NCBI GenBank assembly: GCA_963785165.1
Contig: CAWAUI010000004.1
Coordinates: 3,712,074 to 3,776,073, forward strand
Length of the DNA stretch: 64,000 nt
Source of the DNA: Thermoanaerobaculaceae bacterium
GTDB taxonomy: Bacteria > Acidobacteriota > Thermoanaerobaculia > Multivoradales > UBA5704
Reading direction: 5' to 3'
Made by a program: the position numbers and the translations under genes. This document shows, in pieces, positions 29,667-38,502 of the stretch; the stretch's first letter is position 1; every line of letters begins with the position of its first letter. Under the pieces are notes generated by a model that ran no database searches, was not told where the DNA came from, and was given only the letters and a program-made list of their open reading frames with translations.

Positions 29667-29817
29667 GCCCTCACCCCTGGCCCCTCTCCCGGCCCTCCAT
29701 CCACCCGGCCGGGGAGAGGGGAAAGAAAGGAAAAGATCGATTCTTTACCGTCTTTCTCCCTCCTCTCCCCGGTGGGCGGTCGGAGGGCTGGGAGAGGAGG
29801 GCCGGGGAGGTGAGGGC
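29667..29817. repeat. 151-nt imperfect palindrome filling the whole spacer between two convergent stop codons
   Basis: The arms start gccctcacc... (29667) and end ...ggtgagggc (29817). Centre atcgat (29736-29741). The arms align over about 70 nt with a few indels. Confidence 0.75.
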
Positions 29818-31557
29818 TCACTCGAGCGCCTTCCGGAGCTGGAGGGCCCGGTCCACTTCCGGATCCTCCCGCAGGCGGCGCTCGACTTCTTCCCGGACGG
29901 CGGTGCGGAAAAAGGGATCGGTTTCCGCTTTGGCCAGCGTGGCCCGCCAGTCTTCGGGGTGGAGGAAGCGGTACTCCTCCTTCTCCAGCAGAACCGCCCG
30001 CTGCGGGGTCCGCCGCAGGAAGATCATCGCCACGTCATCCCAGTAAACCAGGGCGAAACGCTCGCGGGGGAAGAACAGGGCGTTGGTGGTGTGGTGCTCC
30101 ACCCGGGGCGGGCCGCCGGGACCCCCGCGGACACCAGGCGCGGAGAGCACGGGCCGGGGCCGGTCGTCGTAGCGCACCAGCGCCCCGTCGATCCCGTAGC
30201 GGGCGAGGAGCGCCGTCCACCCCTCGTCGCTGCCGCGGGCGGCGGCCAGCTCGTGAAACAGCCCCGGATTCACCTCGTTGCGGGCGTCGATGAACACCTG
30301 CCGGGGCGGATACAGGCGCCAGAGCAGATACCCGCCGAAGGCCACGTCGTTGTACAGGTTCCCCACACCCTGGCGCTTGGCCAGATCGTCCACCGCCTTT
30401 TCCGGAAAGCGCCCGGGCTCGATGCCGAAACCGGGCCGGAACGCGCCCTGGCGCGGACGCAGGGGACCCCGTGACGGTGGCAGCACGCACCAGAACGCGG
30501 CCAGAAGGCAGGCCAGGGGGACCAGGAGCTTAGCGAAGGGCCGGCTTTCCTGGTCGGGATTCCGGACACGTGTGAGATCCGCCAGGGCCTCGCCCGCGAA
30601 GAACGCCGCGCTCACGAAGAAGAGCCCCTGGTGGCGCAAGCCGGTCGAGGCGAGCCCGGCCAGGAGAAGCGCCACGAGCCCCGTGGCAGGATCGAGCCGC
30701 CGGGCCTTCGCCGCCGCCACCGCGGCCAGCGCGAGGAGCGCCGCCACTCCGCAGAAGAAGAAGAGGAACGGCGCCGGTTCTTTCCAGACCGGCAGCCACT
30801 CCGGATTCGTCCCCGGCAATCCCCGCAGGGCCTCGGCAATGCCGAAAGGAACCGTGAACAGCCCTGCCCCATAGGGGTTCGCCATCAAGGCCAGAACCAT
30901 GAGCGCCGGCAGCCCCACGATCCATCCCCAGGAGATGGGACTTTTCCCGCGGGCTCCTCCGGGCAGCCGCGTCCCCACCAGGTATGCCGCCGTCACGATG
31001 GGCGCGAGCAGCGCTCCGGGATGAAAATTGACCCAAAGAACCACAAGGGGCGGCAGAATCAGGGCCGGAACGCGGCTCCCCGTCCGCCGGAACGATTGAA
31101 GCAACACGATCGAAAGGGGCAACAGGAACAGGCTCGCCAGCTCCGGCCGCAGGAAGAACCGCCCGCGCGCCCCCACGATCGCGATCAGGACGACCAGAGC
31201 CGCCCCCACGGCCGGCGCGCCCGCCCGGCGGAGCGCGGTAAACAACAGAGCCGCCAGGGCCACGACGAGAACCGCCAGCCCCAGGACGAGCGACGGCAAG
31301 CCGAAAAACCTTTCCAACCCGGCGATGACCACCTGGAAAAGCCATTCGTGATCCACCCAAGGGACGCCTTGAGAAGTGAACCGGAACGGGTCGGTCCGTG
31401 GCAGAGCCCCGTGCTCCAGAATCCACCGCCCGCTCGCCAGATGCCAGAAGAGGTCGTACGCCTTCAGCCGCACGGTACCGGCCACAGCCGCGAACAGCAG
31501 CAGGCAGACGCCGGGCGTGAGGGCGGAGCGGGGCTCCGCTGGGGATGGGGGTTCCAT
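29818..31557 (-). CDS. polytopic membrane protein of unknown function (glycosyltransferase-like topology)
   Basis: 579-aa ORF with many hydrophobic helices. N-terminal DLFWHLASGRWILEHGALPRTDPFRFTSQGVPWVDHEWLFQ, soluble C-terminal domain. Confidence 0.7.
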   Translation of the reverse strand: MEPPSPAEPRSALTPGVCLLLFAAVAGTVRLKAYDLFWHLASGRWILEHGALPRTDPFRFTSQGVPWVDHEWLFQVVIAGLERFFGLPSLVLGLAVLVVALAALLFTALRRAGAPAVGAALVVLIAIVGARGRFFLRPELASLFLLPLSIVLLQSFRRTGSRVPALILPPLVVLWVNFHPGALLAPIVTAAYLVGTRLPGGARGKSPISWGWIVGLPALMVLALMANPYGAGLFTVPFGIAEALRGLPGTNPEWLPVWKEPAPFLFFFCGVAALLALAAVAAAKARRLDPATGLVALLLAGLASTGLRHQGLFFVSAAFFAGEALADLTRVRNPDQESRPFAKLLVPLACLLAAFWCVLPPSRGPLRPRQGAFRPGFGIEPGRFPEKAVDDLAKRQGVGNLYNDVAFGGYLLWRLYPPRQVFIDARNEVNPGLFHELAAARGSDEGWTALLARYGIDGALVRYDDRPRPVLSAPGVRGGPGGPPRVEHHTTNALFFPRERFALVYWDDVAMIFLRRTPQRAVLLEKEEYRFLHPEDWRATLAKAETDPFFRTAVREEVERRLREDPEVDRALQLRKALE

Positions 31558-31566
31558 GGCTGGGAG

Positions 31567-31572
31567 AGTGTA
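31567..31572 (-). promoter_or_regulatory. -10 hexamer TACACT, 9 nt before ATG 31557 (leaderless-type)
   Basis: Minus strand aagTACACTctcccagccATG; no SD. Confidence 0.45.
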
Positions 31573-31597
31573 CTTGGAGTGTGGGGCTGTGGAACGC

Positions 31598-31631
31598 GTC
31601 CTTGAGCGTCCTTACTGTCCTTCTTGTCCTT
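31598..31631. repeat. phased GTCCTT x4 array in a divergent control region
   Basis: gtccttgagcgtccttactgtccttcttgtcctt; near-identical layout to 13717-13750. Confidence 0.75.
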
Positions 31632-31653
31632 GATTTCACCGCCGCCCCCACCA

Positions 31654-31662
31654 TGCTATCGT
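31654..31662 (+). promoter_or_regulatory. extended -10 promoter candidate (TGCTATCGT) for the aldehyde dehydrogenase gene
   Basis: TGn + TATCGT followed by ctccct. AGGAGG SD before ATG 31699. Confidence 0.4.
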
Positions 31663-31698
31663 CTCCCTGTGCCGCACCGCGGCGCAGGAGGCCCACGC

Positions 31699-33438
31699 AT
31701 GACCACCGCCGCAGTCATCCCGCAGATCATCACCCCCTCTGCCCGCAGCTCTTCCCGCGCGGAGATGGACGCCGCCATCGCCGTGCTCCAGGAGAACAAG
31801 GGCGCCTGGACGGAGGTCTCGCCCAAGGAGCGGATCGCTCTTCTCAACGATCTCACCAAGCGCTTTCTGGCCGTGGCCGAGCGCTGGGCGGCTCTCGGCA
31901 TGGAGGCCGAGGGGCTCGATCCAGCGCATCCCGGCTCCGGCGAGGAAGCGCTCGTGGGGCCCTACTTCATCCTGCGCAACCTGCGGCTGCTGCGTGAGGC
32001 CTTGCTGGACGTCGACACCCACGGCCGGCCGCGCATCCCCGGCGGCGTGCGCACCCGGCCGGACGGCCAGGTGGTCGCCCGGGTCTTCCCCATCGACCTC
32101 TACGACCGCGTCTTCTACGCCGGCGTCACCGCCGACGTCTGGATGGAGCCCGGCGTCACCGTCGAGAGCCTCCCCGAAACCCAGGCCGTGGCCTATCACG
32201 CGCCCGTGCGCCAGGGGAAAGTCGCCCTCGTCCTGGGCGCCGGCAACGTCTCCTCCATCGGCCCCATGGACGCCCTCTACAAGCTGTTCGTGGAAGACCA
32301 GGTGGTGATCTTCAAGACCCACCCCGTCAACGTCTACCTGGGTCCGCTGATGGAAGAGGCGTTCCAGCCGCTCATCCAGCGCGGCTTCTTCCGGATGGTC
32401 GACGGCGGCGCCGAGGAGGGGGCCTATCTCGTCCGCCATCCCGGCGTCGACGAGATCCACATCACCGGCTCGGACCGCACCTACGAGGCCATCGTCTTCG
32501 GCCCCGGCGAAGAAGGGCGGCGGCGCAAGGAGGCCAACGAGCCCTTGCTGACCAAGCGCTTCACGGCCGAGCTCGGCAACGTCAGCCCGGTCATCGTGGT
32601 GCCCGGCCCGTGGGACGAGGGGGACGTCGCCTACCACGCCGACAACCTCGCGACCATGCTCACCAACAACGCCGGCTTCAACTGCAACGCCGGCCGCGTG
32701 GTCCTTCAGCACGCCTCGTGGAACAAGCGGCAGACCCTGCTCGCCGCCGTGCGCGAAACCTTGAAGGAGATCCCCCTCCGCCGCGCCTACTACCCCGGGG
32801 CGGCGGACCGTTTCGACGCCTTCCAGAACGCCCACAAGGACACCGCCGAGACCTTCGGAACCCGGTCCGGTGACCGCCTCCCCTGGATGCTCATTCCGGG
32901 GCTCGACCCCGCGAAGCGGGACGACATCGCCTTCACCACCGAGGCCTTCTGCGGCGTCTTCGGCGAAGTGGGCCTCGAGGCGAGCACCGTCCCCGAATAC
33001 ATCGACAAGGCCGTGGCCTTCTGCAACGGCACCCTCTGGGGCACGCTCAACGTCACGCTGATCGTCCACCCCCGTTCCCTGGACGATCCCGACACCGCCC
33101 GCGCCATCGAGCGGGCCCTCGCCAACCTCCACTACGGCACCATCTCCGTGAACCACTGGGCGGCCGTGGGCTACGGCCTCGTGGTGACTCCCTGGGGCGC
33201 CTACCCGGGGCACACGCCGGACGACATCCGCTCCGGCACCGGCGTGGTCCACAACACCCTCATGTTCTCGCGCGTCCAGAAGACCGTCGTGCGGGCACCC
33301 TTCTACGTCTGGCCCAAGCCCGTCTGGTTCTCCACCCACAAGACGGCCCACAAGCTGGCGCCCAGGCTCTCGGATTTCGAAGCCGCGCCCTCCATGGCAA
33401 AGCTGGCGAGAATCCTGCCGCTGGCGATGCGGGGGTAG
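31699..33438 (+). CDS. aldehyde dehydrogenase family protein
   Basis: 579 aa from ATG 31699 (AGGAGG upstream). LVLGAGNVSSIGP, ELGNVSPVIV (catalytic Glu region), NAGFNCNAGRV (Cys region). Confidence 0.85.
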   Translation: MTTAAVIPQIITPSARSSSRAEMDAAIAVLQENKGAWTEVSPKERIALLNDLTKRFLAVAERWAALGMEAEGLDPAHPGSGEEALVGPYFILRNLRLLREALLDVDTHGRPRIPGGVRTRPDGQVVARVFPIDLYDRVFYAGVTADVWMEPGVTVESLPETQAVAYHAPVRQGKVALVLGAGNVSSIGPMDALYKLFVEDQVVIFKTHPVNVYLGPLMEEAFQPLIQRGFFRMVDGGAEEGAYLVRHPGVDEIHITGSDRTYEAIVFGPGEEGRRRKEANEPLLTKRFTAELGNVSPVIVVPGPWDEGDVAYHADNLATMLTNNAGFNCNAGRVVLQHASWNKRQTLLAAVRETLKEIPLRRAYYPGAADRFDAFQNAHKDTAETFGTRSGDRLPWMLIPGLDPAKRDDIAFTTEAFCGVFGEVGLEASTVPEYIDKAVAFCNGTLWGTLNVTLIVHPRSLDDPDTARAIERALANLHYGTISVNHWAAVGYGLVVTPWGAYPGHTPDDIRSGTGVVHNTLMFSRVQKTVVRAPFYVWPKPVWFSTHKTAHKLAPRLSDFEAAPSMAKLARILPLAMRG

Positions 33439-33486
33439 GCCCTCACCTCCCCGGCCCAAGGCCGCTCGCGCTCCACGGATCTCTAG

Positions 33487-33495
33487 TGCTACGCT
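33487..33495 (+). promoter_or_regulatory. extended -10 promoter candidate (TGCTACGCT) for the SIR2-STAND gene
   Basis: TGn + TACGCT followed by ctcc. A ctccagc/gctggag hairpin overlaps the GGAG SD before TTG 33532. Confidence 0.35.
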
Positions 33496-33531
33496 CTCCA
33501 GCGTTTCGCTCTTCATTGCTGGAGATGTGAT

Positions 33532-36500
33532 TTGACCAGTCTGCATGACGACCTGAGGTCCGAGATTGCCAAGGGACGTGTCATAGCCATTATCGGGGCC
33601 GGCGTATCGATCGCCGCGACGAAAGGCGATCCGCTGGCCTCCTGGACAGGGCTTCTCGAGAACGGTGTAGACCGGTGTGTGGAACGCTGCGAGCTACCGG
33701 ACGGGTGGAAGGAGCGGCGCAAGGGTGAGATCGCTTCCGGAGACATCGATGAGCTTCTCTCAGCGGCAGAGAACATCTCAAGGAAGCTCGGCGCCCCCAG
33801 CGGCGGTGAGTATGGGGGCTGGCTTCGAGAGACGGTGGGGAGCCTCGAGGCAAAAGACGAATCTGTGCTCGAGGCCCTGAGGGAGCTCGGAGTCATCCTC
33901 GCGACTACGAACTATGACGGTCTACTCGATAGGCCCCCACACCTTCCTGCCGTGACTTGGCGGGATGGCGCCAGGATGGAGCGGGTGGCTCGCGGAGATG
34001 ATCGCGGTGTTCTCCACCTCCACGGCTATTGGGAAGAACCGGAGTCGGTGATCCTCGGAATCCGATCGTACGAGCAGATCTTGAGGGATGGCCATGCCCA
34101 GGCCCTGCAGCAGGCTCTCCGTACGACCGGCACCCTGCTCTTCGTAGGTTGCGGCGAGGGCCTTGGCGATCCGAACTTCCATGCGCTCCGCGACTGGTCC
34201 CGAAAAGTGTTCAAAGGCTCCGAGTACCGCCACTTCCGGCTCTGCCGGGATTCCGAGGCCTCGACAGTCTCAGGCAGGAGCACCCGCAAGAGGAACGAAT
34301 CTTCCCCCTCTCGTATGGGGCGGAATTCGGCGATCTGGCCCCATTCCTCCGTGGTCTCAGATCCGCGACTCCTTCGCGTCCGCTCCCGGTCGTGGTGAAC
34401 GTGAGCGAAACACCGCGGCTCCCGGGCTTGGGATACTGCTTCGGCAGGGATAGTGAAATTCGCGAGCTGGCTGACAGCCTTTGCGCCGATCCGCCGCCAC
34501 CGGTCCCGGTCCTCGGCCAAGCGGGCATCGGCAAGTCGACCGTGGTAATCGCGGCGCTGTATGACGCTCGCGTGAAGTCCCGGTACGGGGAGCGCAGGTT
34601 CTTCGTGAGGTGCGATGGCGCGACGGACCGGGAGAGCCTGGAGAGAGAAATCGCCCGAGGTTTGGGATTGAAAGAGGGCCCCGAGAGCAAGGCCAGCCTT
34701 TTTGACATGCTGGAGAAGAGCGCCCTGGTCCTGGCCATCGACGACGCGGAGACCCCCTACTGGGCGGAGCCTACGGCGGTCGAGGCGCTGCTGGCACAGC
34801 TCGCCACCGTGTCCGGGCTCGCCCTGGTGATCTCCCTCCGGGGTGAGCAGCGCCCCCTTGGACCTCGTTGGCGGGAAGCGATCCGGCTTCAGCCTCTCCT
34901 CCCCACTCCAGCCCGAGACGCTTTCCTGGCAGTGGCAGGCACGAAGTTCAAGAATGATCCGAACCTGGGCCGGCTCCTCCAGGCGGTGGATGGCTGGCCG
35001 CTCGCCTTGACCCTCCTCGCCCACCGGGCGGAGATCGAGACCGACCTGTCCAACCTCTGGGATCTTTGGATGGCCAAGCGGACCGAGTTGCTGCGATCCG
35101 ACGACGACAAGAGCCGGCTGAACATCGACGTTTCCCTGAACCTGTCGATCCACAGCCCACGCATGACGGAGGATTCCAAACGGCTGCTCTCCCTGCTGAG
35201 CGTCCTGCCGGAAGGCATCGCGCAGAACCGGCTGAAGGACTTTTTCCCCCAGGCACCGGAGGCCACCCCGATCCTGCTGAAGGTAGGCTTGGTGCTGATT
35301 GACGGAGGAAGAGTCCGCGCGTTGGCGCCCGTGCGCGAATACGTTCTGGAGAAGCATCCCGTGCCTCGCGAAGACCTGCAACACGCGGTGACGGACTACC
35401 TGAAGTGGGCACAGGAGATTCAGCAATCCCTGGAGGCCAACGCTCTCGAGCTCACACAGCACATGGCGCAGGAGCTCGGCAACCTCGAGGCACTCGTCAT
35501 CGCGAGCCTGACGCCTCCGGTCGCCGATTCGGATTCGACCGACGACACCAGCGAGAAGATCCGCTCCATTCTGAGCCTCGGATCTCTGCTGTCCTCCACG
35601 GGCTTGAGCCCGCGCGCGTCATCCATCGTCGGCAAAGCCCTCCAACGGGCCGAGGATCTCGGAGACACGCGCCTCACGATCGACTGCCTGATCCTGCTCG
35701 GAGACATCGCGCGTATCCATGCCAACTGGGAGGAGGCCCGACGCTACTTTACGCGCAGCGTCGAGCTGAGCCAGCAGATCGGCAACGAATTCCTAGAGGC
35801 AGTGGGCATCTCAAAGCTCGGAGCCGTGGAGCACGGCCTACTCCAAGCTCTCTTCGGCACGCTCCTACTACGAAGAGGCGAACGGTCTCTTTGCCCGGCT
35901 GGGGATGATCGACGAGCAGGGGAGATGTCTCCTGGATCTTGCAAAAGTCCACTTCGACAGCCGGGAGCTTGCCGTCGCGGAGGTTACAGCCCAGGAGGCC
36001 ATGGACTTCTTCCGCCGTACGGAAAACGAGCTGGGAATGGCGAACTGCCTCAACTTCCTGGGCGAGATCGCTTTGGAAGCGGAGAACCCTCCCTTGGCCA
36101 GGGAGCATATCGAAGCCGCTCTGAAAACCTACGAAAAGCTCGCTTCGTCTCTGGGGAGGGCAAACTGCCTCAAGAACCTCGGCAGAGCCGCGCTGAAATC
36201 GAACGCCCCCTCGTCCGCCGCTGCTTCCTTCTCAGAGGCGCTCGACCTGTACAAGCTGATCAACAACCGGCAAGGAGAAGCCGACGGCCTCCTGGGTCTG
36301 GGCGACCTAAAGCAGAGATCGGATCCTGAGGCCGCCAGAGCCAAATACAGAGAGGCCCTGGAGATCTACAAGCGCATTGGGGACCCTTTCCTCATCGCGC
36401 GAGCCCATGTCCGGCTCAGCTACACCGCCCCTCAGGAAAGCGAGCGCAACGAGTCCATGGATGCCGCTCGCGCTGCCTGGACGCGCATAGGTCGAGCTGA

Positions 36501-36558
36501 TTTTGCAGAAGAGCTTCGGCGAGAGCTCGCCTCTTTCCTCCCTGCTCCCCCGGGGTGA
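33532..36558 (+). pseudogene. SIR2-like / NB-ARC (STAND NTPase) / TPR fusion protein (Avs5-type architecture), two frameshifts in this sequence
   Basis: SIR2_2 motifs IIGAGVS, ATTNYDGLL, LHLHGYW, LLFVGCG. NB-ARC motifs GQAGIGKST, LVLAIDDAE, DGWPLALTLLA. TPR array in ORF 35905..36558. Frame breaks near 34255-34265 and 35833. Confidence 0.8.
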
Positions 36559-36580
36559 GGTCAGGGACGCGCGAGAAGTC

Positions 36581-36727
36581 TCAACAGGATGGGCCGCCCC
36601 AGGGATCGATCGAGGTGCCTCCGTCGGCCTCGGCTTCCGCATGGAGGGTGAACGGGCTCGGTAGACACCAGCCTGCGACCAAGACTGCGAGAAGGAGAAG
36701 AGCCAGTCTTATGGTTCGAGAGCGCAT
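36581..36727 (-). CDS. 48-codon small ORF encoding a putative secreted peptide
   Basis: GGAGGTG 8 nt upstream of ATG 36727. MRSRTIRLALLLLAVLVAGWCLPSPFTLHAEAEADGGTSIDPWGGPSC. Last gene of the minus-strand PHA-like/hypothetical/VOC string. Below the ORF-track size cutoff. Confidence 0.35.
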   Translation of the reverse strand: MRSRTIRLALLLLAVLVAGWCLPSPFTLHAEAEADGGTSIDPWGGPSC

Positions 36728-36779
36728 CGTGGTATCACCTCCAGCCTGATTTTAGCACGCGGGGACCGGAGCTGCCTCC

Positions 36780-37301
36780 CTAACTCTCTTCCGCCTCCCC
36801 CAGCAAATCCTCCAGATCCAGCCGGTGCGTGTACATCACCGGCTCTCCTTCCGGACCCCGGGGCCACTCCTCGCGCGGGCGGTCCCAGTACAGCTCGATG
36901 CCGTTCTGGTCCGGGTCCGCGAGATAGATCGCTTCGCTCACTCCGTGGTCCGCGGCGCCTTGCAGCTCCACCCCCGACTCCACGACCCTCCGGAGGGCCA
37001 CCGCCAGATCCCGCCGCGTGGGGTAGCGGATGGCCACGTGGTACAGCCCGGAATGCCCCGGCGGGGGCGGCGTGCCTCCGCGGCTCTCCCAGGTGTTGAG
37101 GCCGATGTGATGGTGGTACCCCCCGGCCGAGATGAACGCCGCCTGCGGGCCGTAGCGGGAGGTCAGCTCGAAGCCCAGCACGTCCTGGTAGAACTTGAGG
37201 GCCCGTTCGAGGTCCGCGACCTTGAGATGGACGTGGCCGATGTCCGTGCCGGCAGGGATGGTGTAGGGCAGAACCGTGAGAGGAGCCGTGGGAGTGGTCA
37301 T
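36780..37301 (-). CDS. VOC-family (glyoxalase/extradiol-dioxygenase-like) protein
   Basis: 173 aa from ATG 37301, which overlaps the upstream stop (ATGA). IGHVHLKVADLERALKFYQDVLGFE and HVAIRYP...AIYLADPDQNGIELY motifs. Confidence 0.85.
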   Translation of the reverse strand: MTTPTAPLTVLPYTIPAGTDIGHVHLKVADLERALKFYQDVLGFELTSRYGPQAAFISAGGYHHHIGLNTWESRGGTPPPPGHSGLYHVAIRYPTRRDLAVALRRVVESGVELQGAADHGVSEAIYLADPDQNGIELYWDRPREEWPRGPEGEPVMYTHRLDLEDLLGEAEES

Positions 37302-38068
37302 GCCCCCGATTCTATGACGCCCACCTTCACCCCTAGCTCCTCCCAGAACCGCGCCTCTTCCCCGCTCATCCGCTTCCCTGTCACCAGGATCCGCCGCAGC
37401 CGCCCGAACGGCAACCGCGCCCGCCGCCGGAGCCACCCCTTCCCCTCCTTCTCCACCCACGTCCGCAACGCGGCCATCTCCTCCGCCGTGCCATGGAACA
37501 CCGTCGGCCTCACCCAGCCGGCGGTTGCCACCCGCAAGGCTGCGTTCGGCTCCAGCACCACCGCGGCTCCCGTCCACGTGGCCCAGGAGAGCATCGCCCG
37601 CTCCTCCGGCCGTTCCAGAGGGCCGCTCAGCACCACGATGTCCCGCGCTCCCTCTTTAGGGGGTGCATCGAGGTCCGCCGCGACGCGCGCCACTGCTTCC
37701 GCAAAGTCCCCCCTCTCCCGGCCGGCGGGAGGGCGATGGGAGAGGGGGCCAGGGGGTGAGGGGTCGAGCGGAATCCGCTCGCCCCATCCTTCCGCCACCG
37801 GACCGGAAACCGGCACCGGTACCATCCCCGCCGCCTGGATGGCCAGATCGAGAACGACAAGATCCGGTAAAGCTGTATAGGAAAAGGATAGGAGAGAACC
37901 CGCCGGCAGGCCGTCCAGCTGCTCCGCCCAGGCGGACATCCTCCGCGCGGCCTCACCCCAGGACCACCAGCGCCAGTCCCACCCCTCGGGACGGAAGAGC
38001 CAGGGCTCCTCGGGGCCGCGCTCGGCGTAGCGGAGCACCGCGGCAGGCAGGGTTGGCGGCTCGGCCAT
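37298..38068 (-). CDS. hypothetical protein with weak resemblance to AMP-dependent synthetase/ligase N-terminal regions (no P-loop motif)
   Basis: 256 aa from ATG 38068 (AAGGGGG upstream). The ORF-track N-terminal extension has no support. Confidence 0.5.
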   Translation of the reverse strand: MAEPPTLPAAVLRYAERGPEEPWLFRPEGWDWRWWSWGEAARRMSAWAEQLDGLPAGSLLSFSYTALPDLVVLDLAIQAAGMVPVPVSGPVAEGWGERIPLDPSPPGPLSHRPPAGRERGDFAEAVARVAADLDAPPKEGARDIVVLSGPLERPEERAMLSWATWTGAAVVLEPNAALRVATAGWVRPTVFHGTAEEMAALRTWVEKEGKGWLRRRARLPFGRLRRILVTGKRMSGEEARFWEELGVKVGVIESGA

Positions 38069-38115
38069 GCAGGCCCCCTTGTTTTCCCCTCTGGGGACGA
38101 TCGGGGACGACGGGG

Positions 38116-38394
38116 TCAGACGGCGATTTTCTTCATGACGGCGGCGATTTTCTGCTCGATGACCGGCTTCATCAGGCTCGCGGGCGGCTTCAGGTGCGCC
38201 CGCCCGATCAGCCAGCCGCCTTCCAGGACGATGGTGGCCTTCGCTCCGGGACCGGAAAGGTGCATCACGTCCCCCTCCCAGTGCCACTTCAACATGCCGC
38301 CCGGAAAAGCTTCCTTCAGGCTGGCGTCGAGCGCGGGCCGGATCTCCTCGATGGATGATTTCGTCGTCGCCACCTCGATGGTCAGGTCACTCAT
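38116..38394 (-). CDS. small protein resembling the putative polyhydroxyalkanoate-system protein family
   Basis: 92 aa from ATG 38394. W.WEGD..H..GPG..G.I.L........A.L pattern. Family call from memory, tentative. Confidence 0.45.
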   Translation of the reverse strand: MSDLTIEVATTKSSIEEIRPALDASLKEAFPGGMLKWHWEGDVMHLSGPGAKATIVLEGGWLIGRAHLKPPASLMKPVIEQKIAAVMKKIAV

Positions 38395-38402
38395 GGGCGC
38401 GA

Positions 38403-38408
38403 AACCTA
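38403..38408 (-). promoter_or_regulatory. -10 hexamer TAGGTT, 8 nt before ATG 38394 (leaderless-type)
   Basis: Minus strand gtggTAGGTTtcgcgcccATG; no SD. Confidence 0.4.
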
Positions 38409-38502
38409 CCACAGGTCCCCGGGACTTTTTCCCCGCCCTCTCCCTGTTCTCATCCCTGGACCTTCATACGATGCGGTACTCTTGAGACATTGATTCAAGG
38501 GG

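Noticed and set aside
31641-31668. A sigma54 promoter at the second TGCTATCGTC motif.
   Set aside because: No GG lies at the required distance upstream of the GC (the sequence is ccGc). It is better read as an extended -10.
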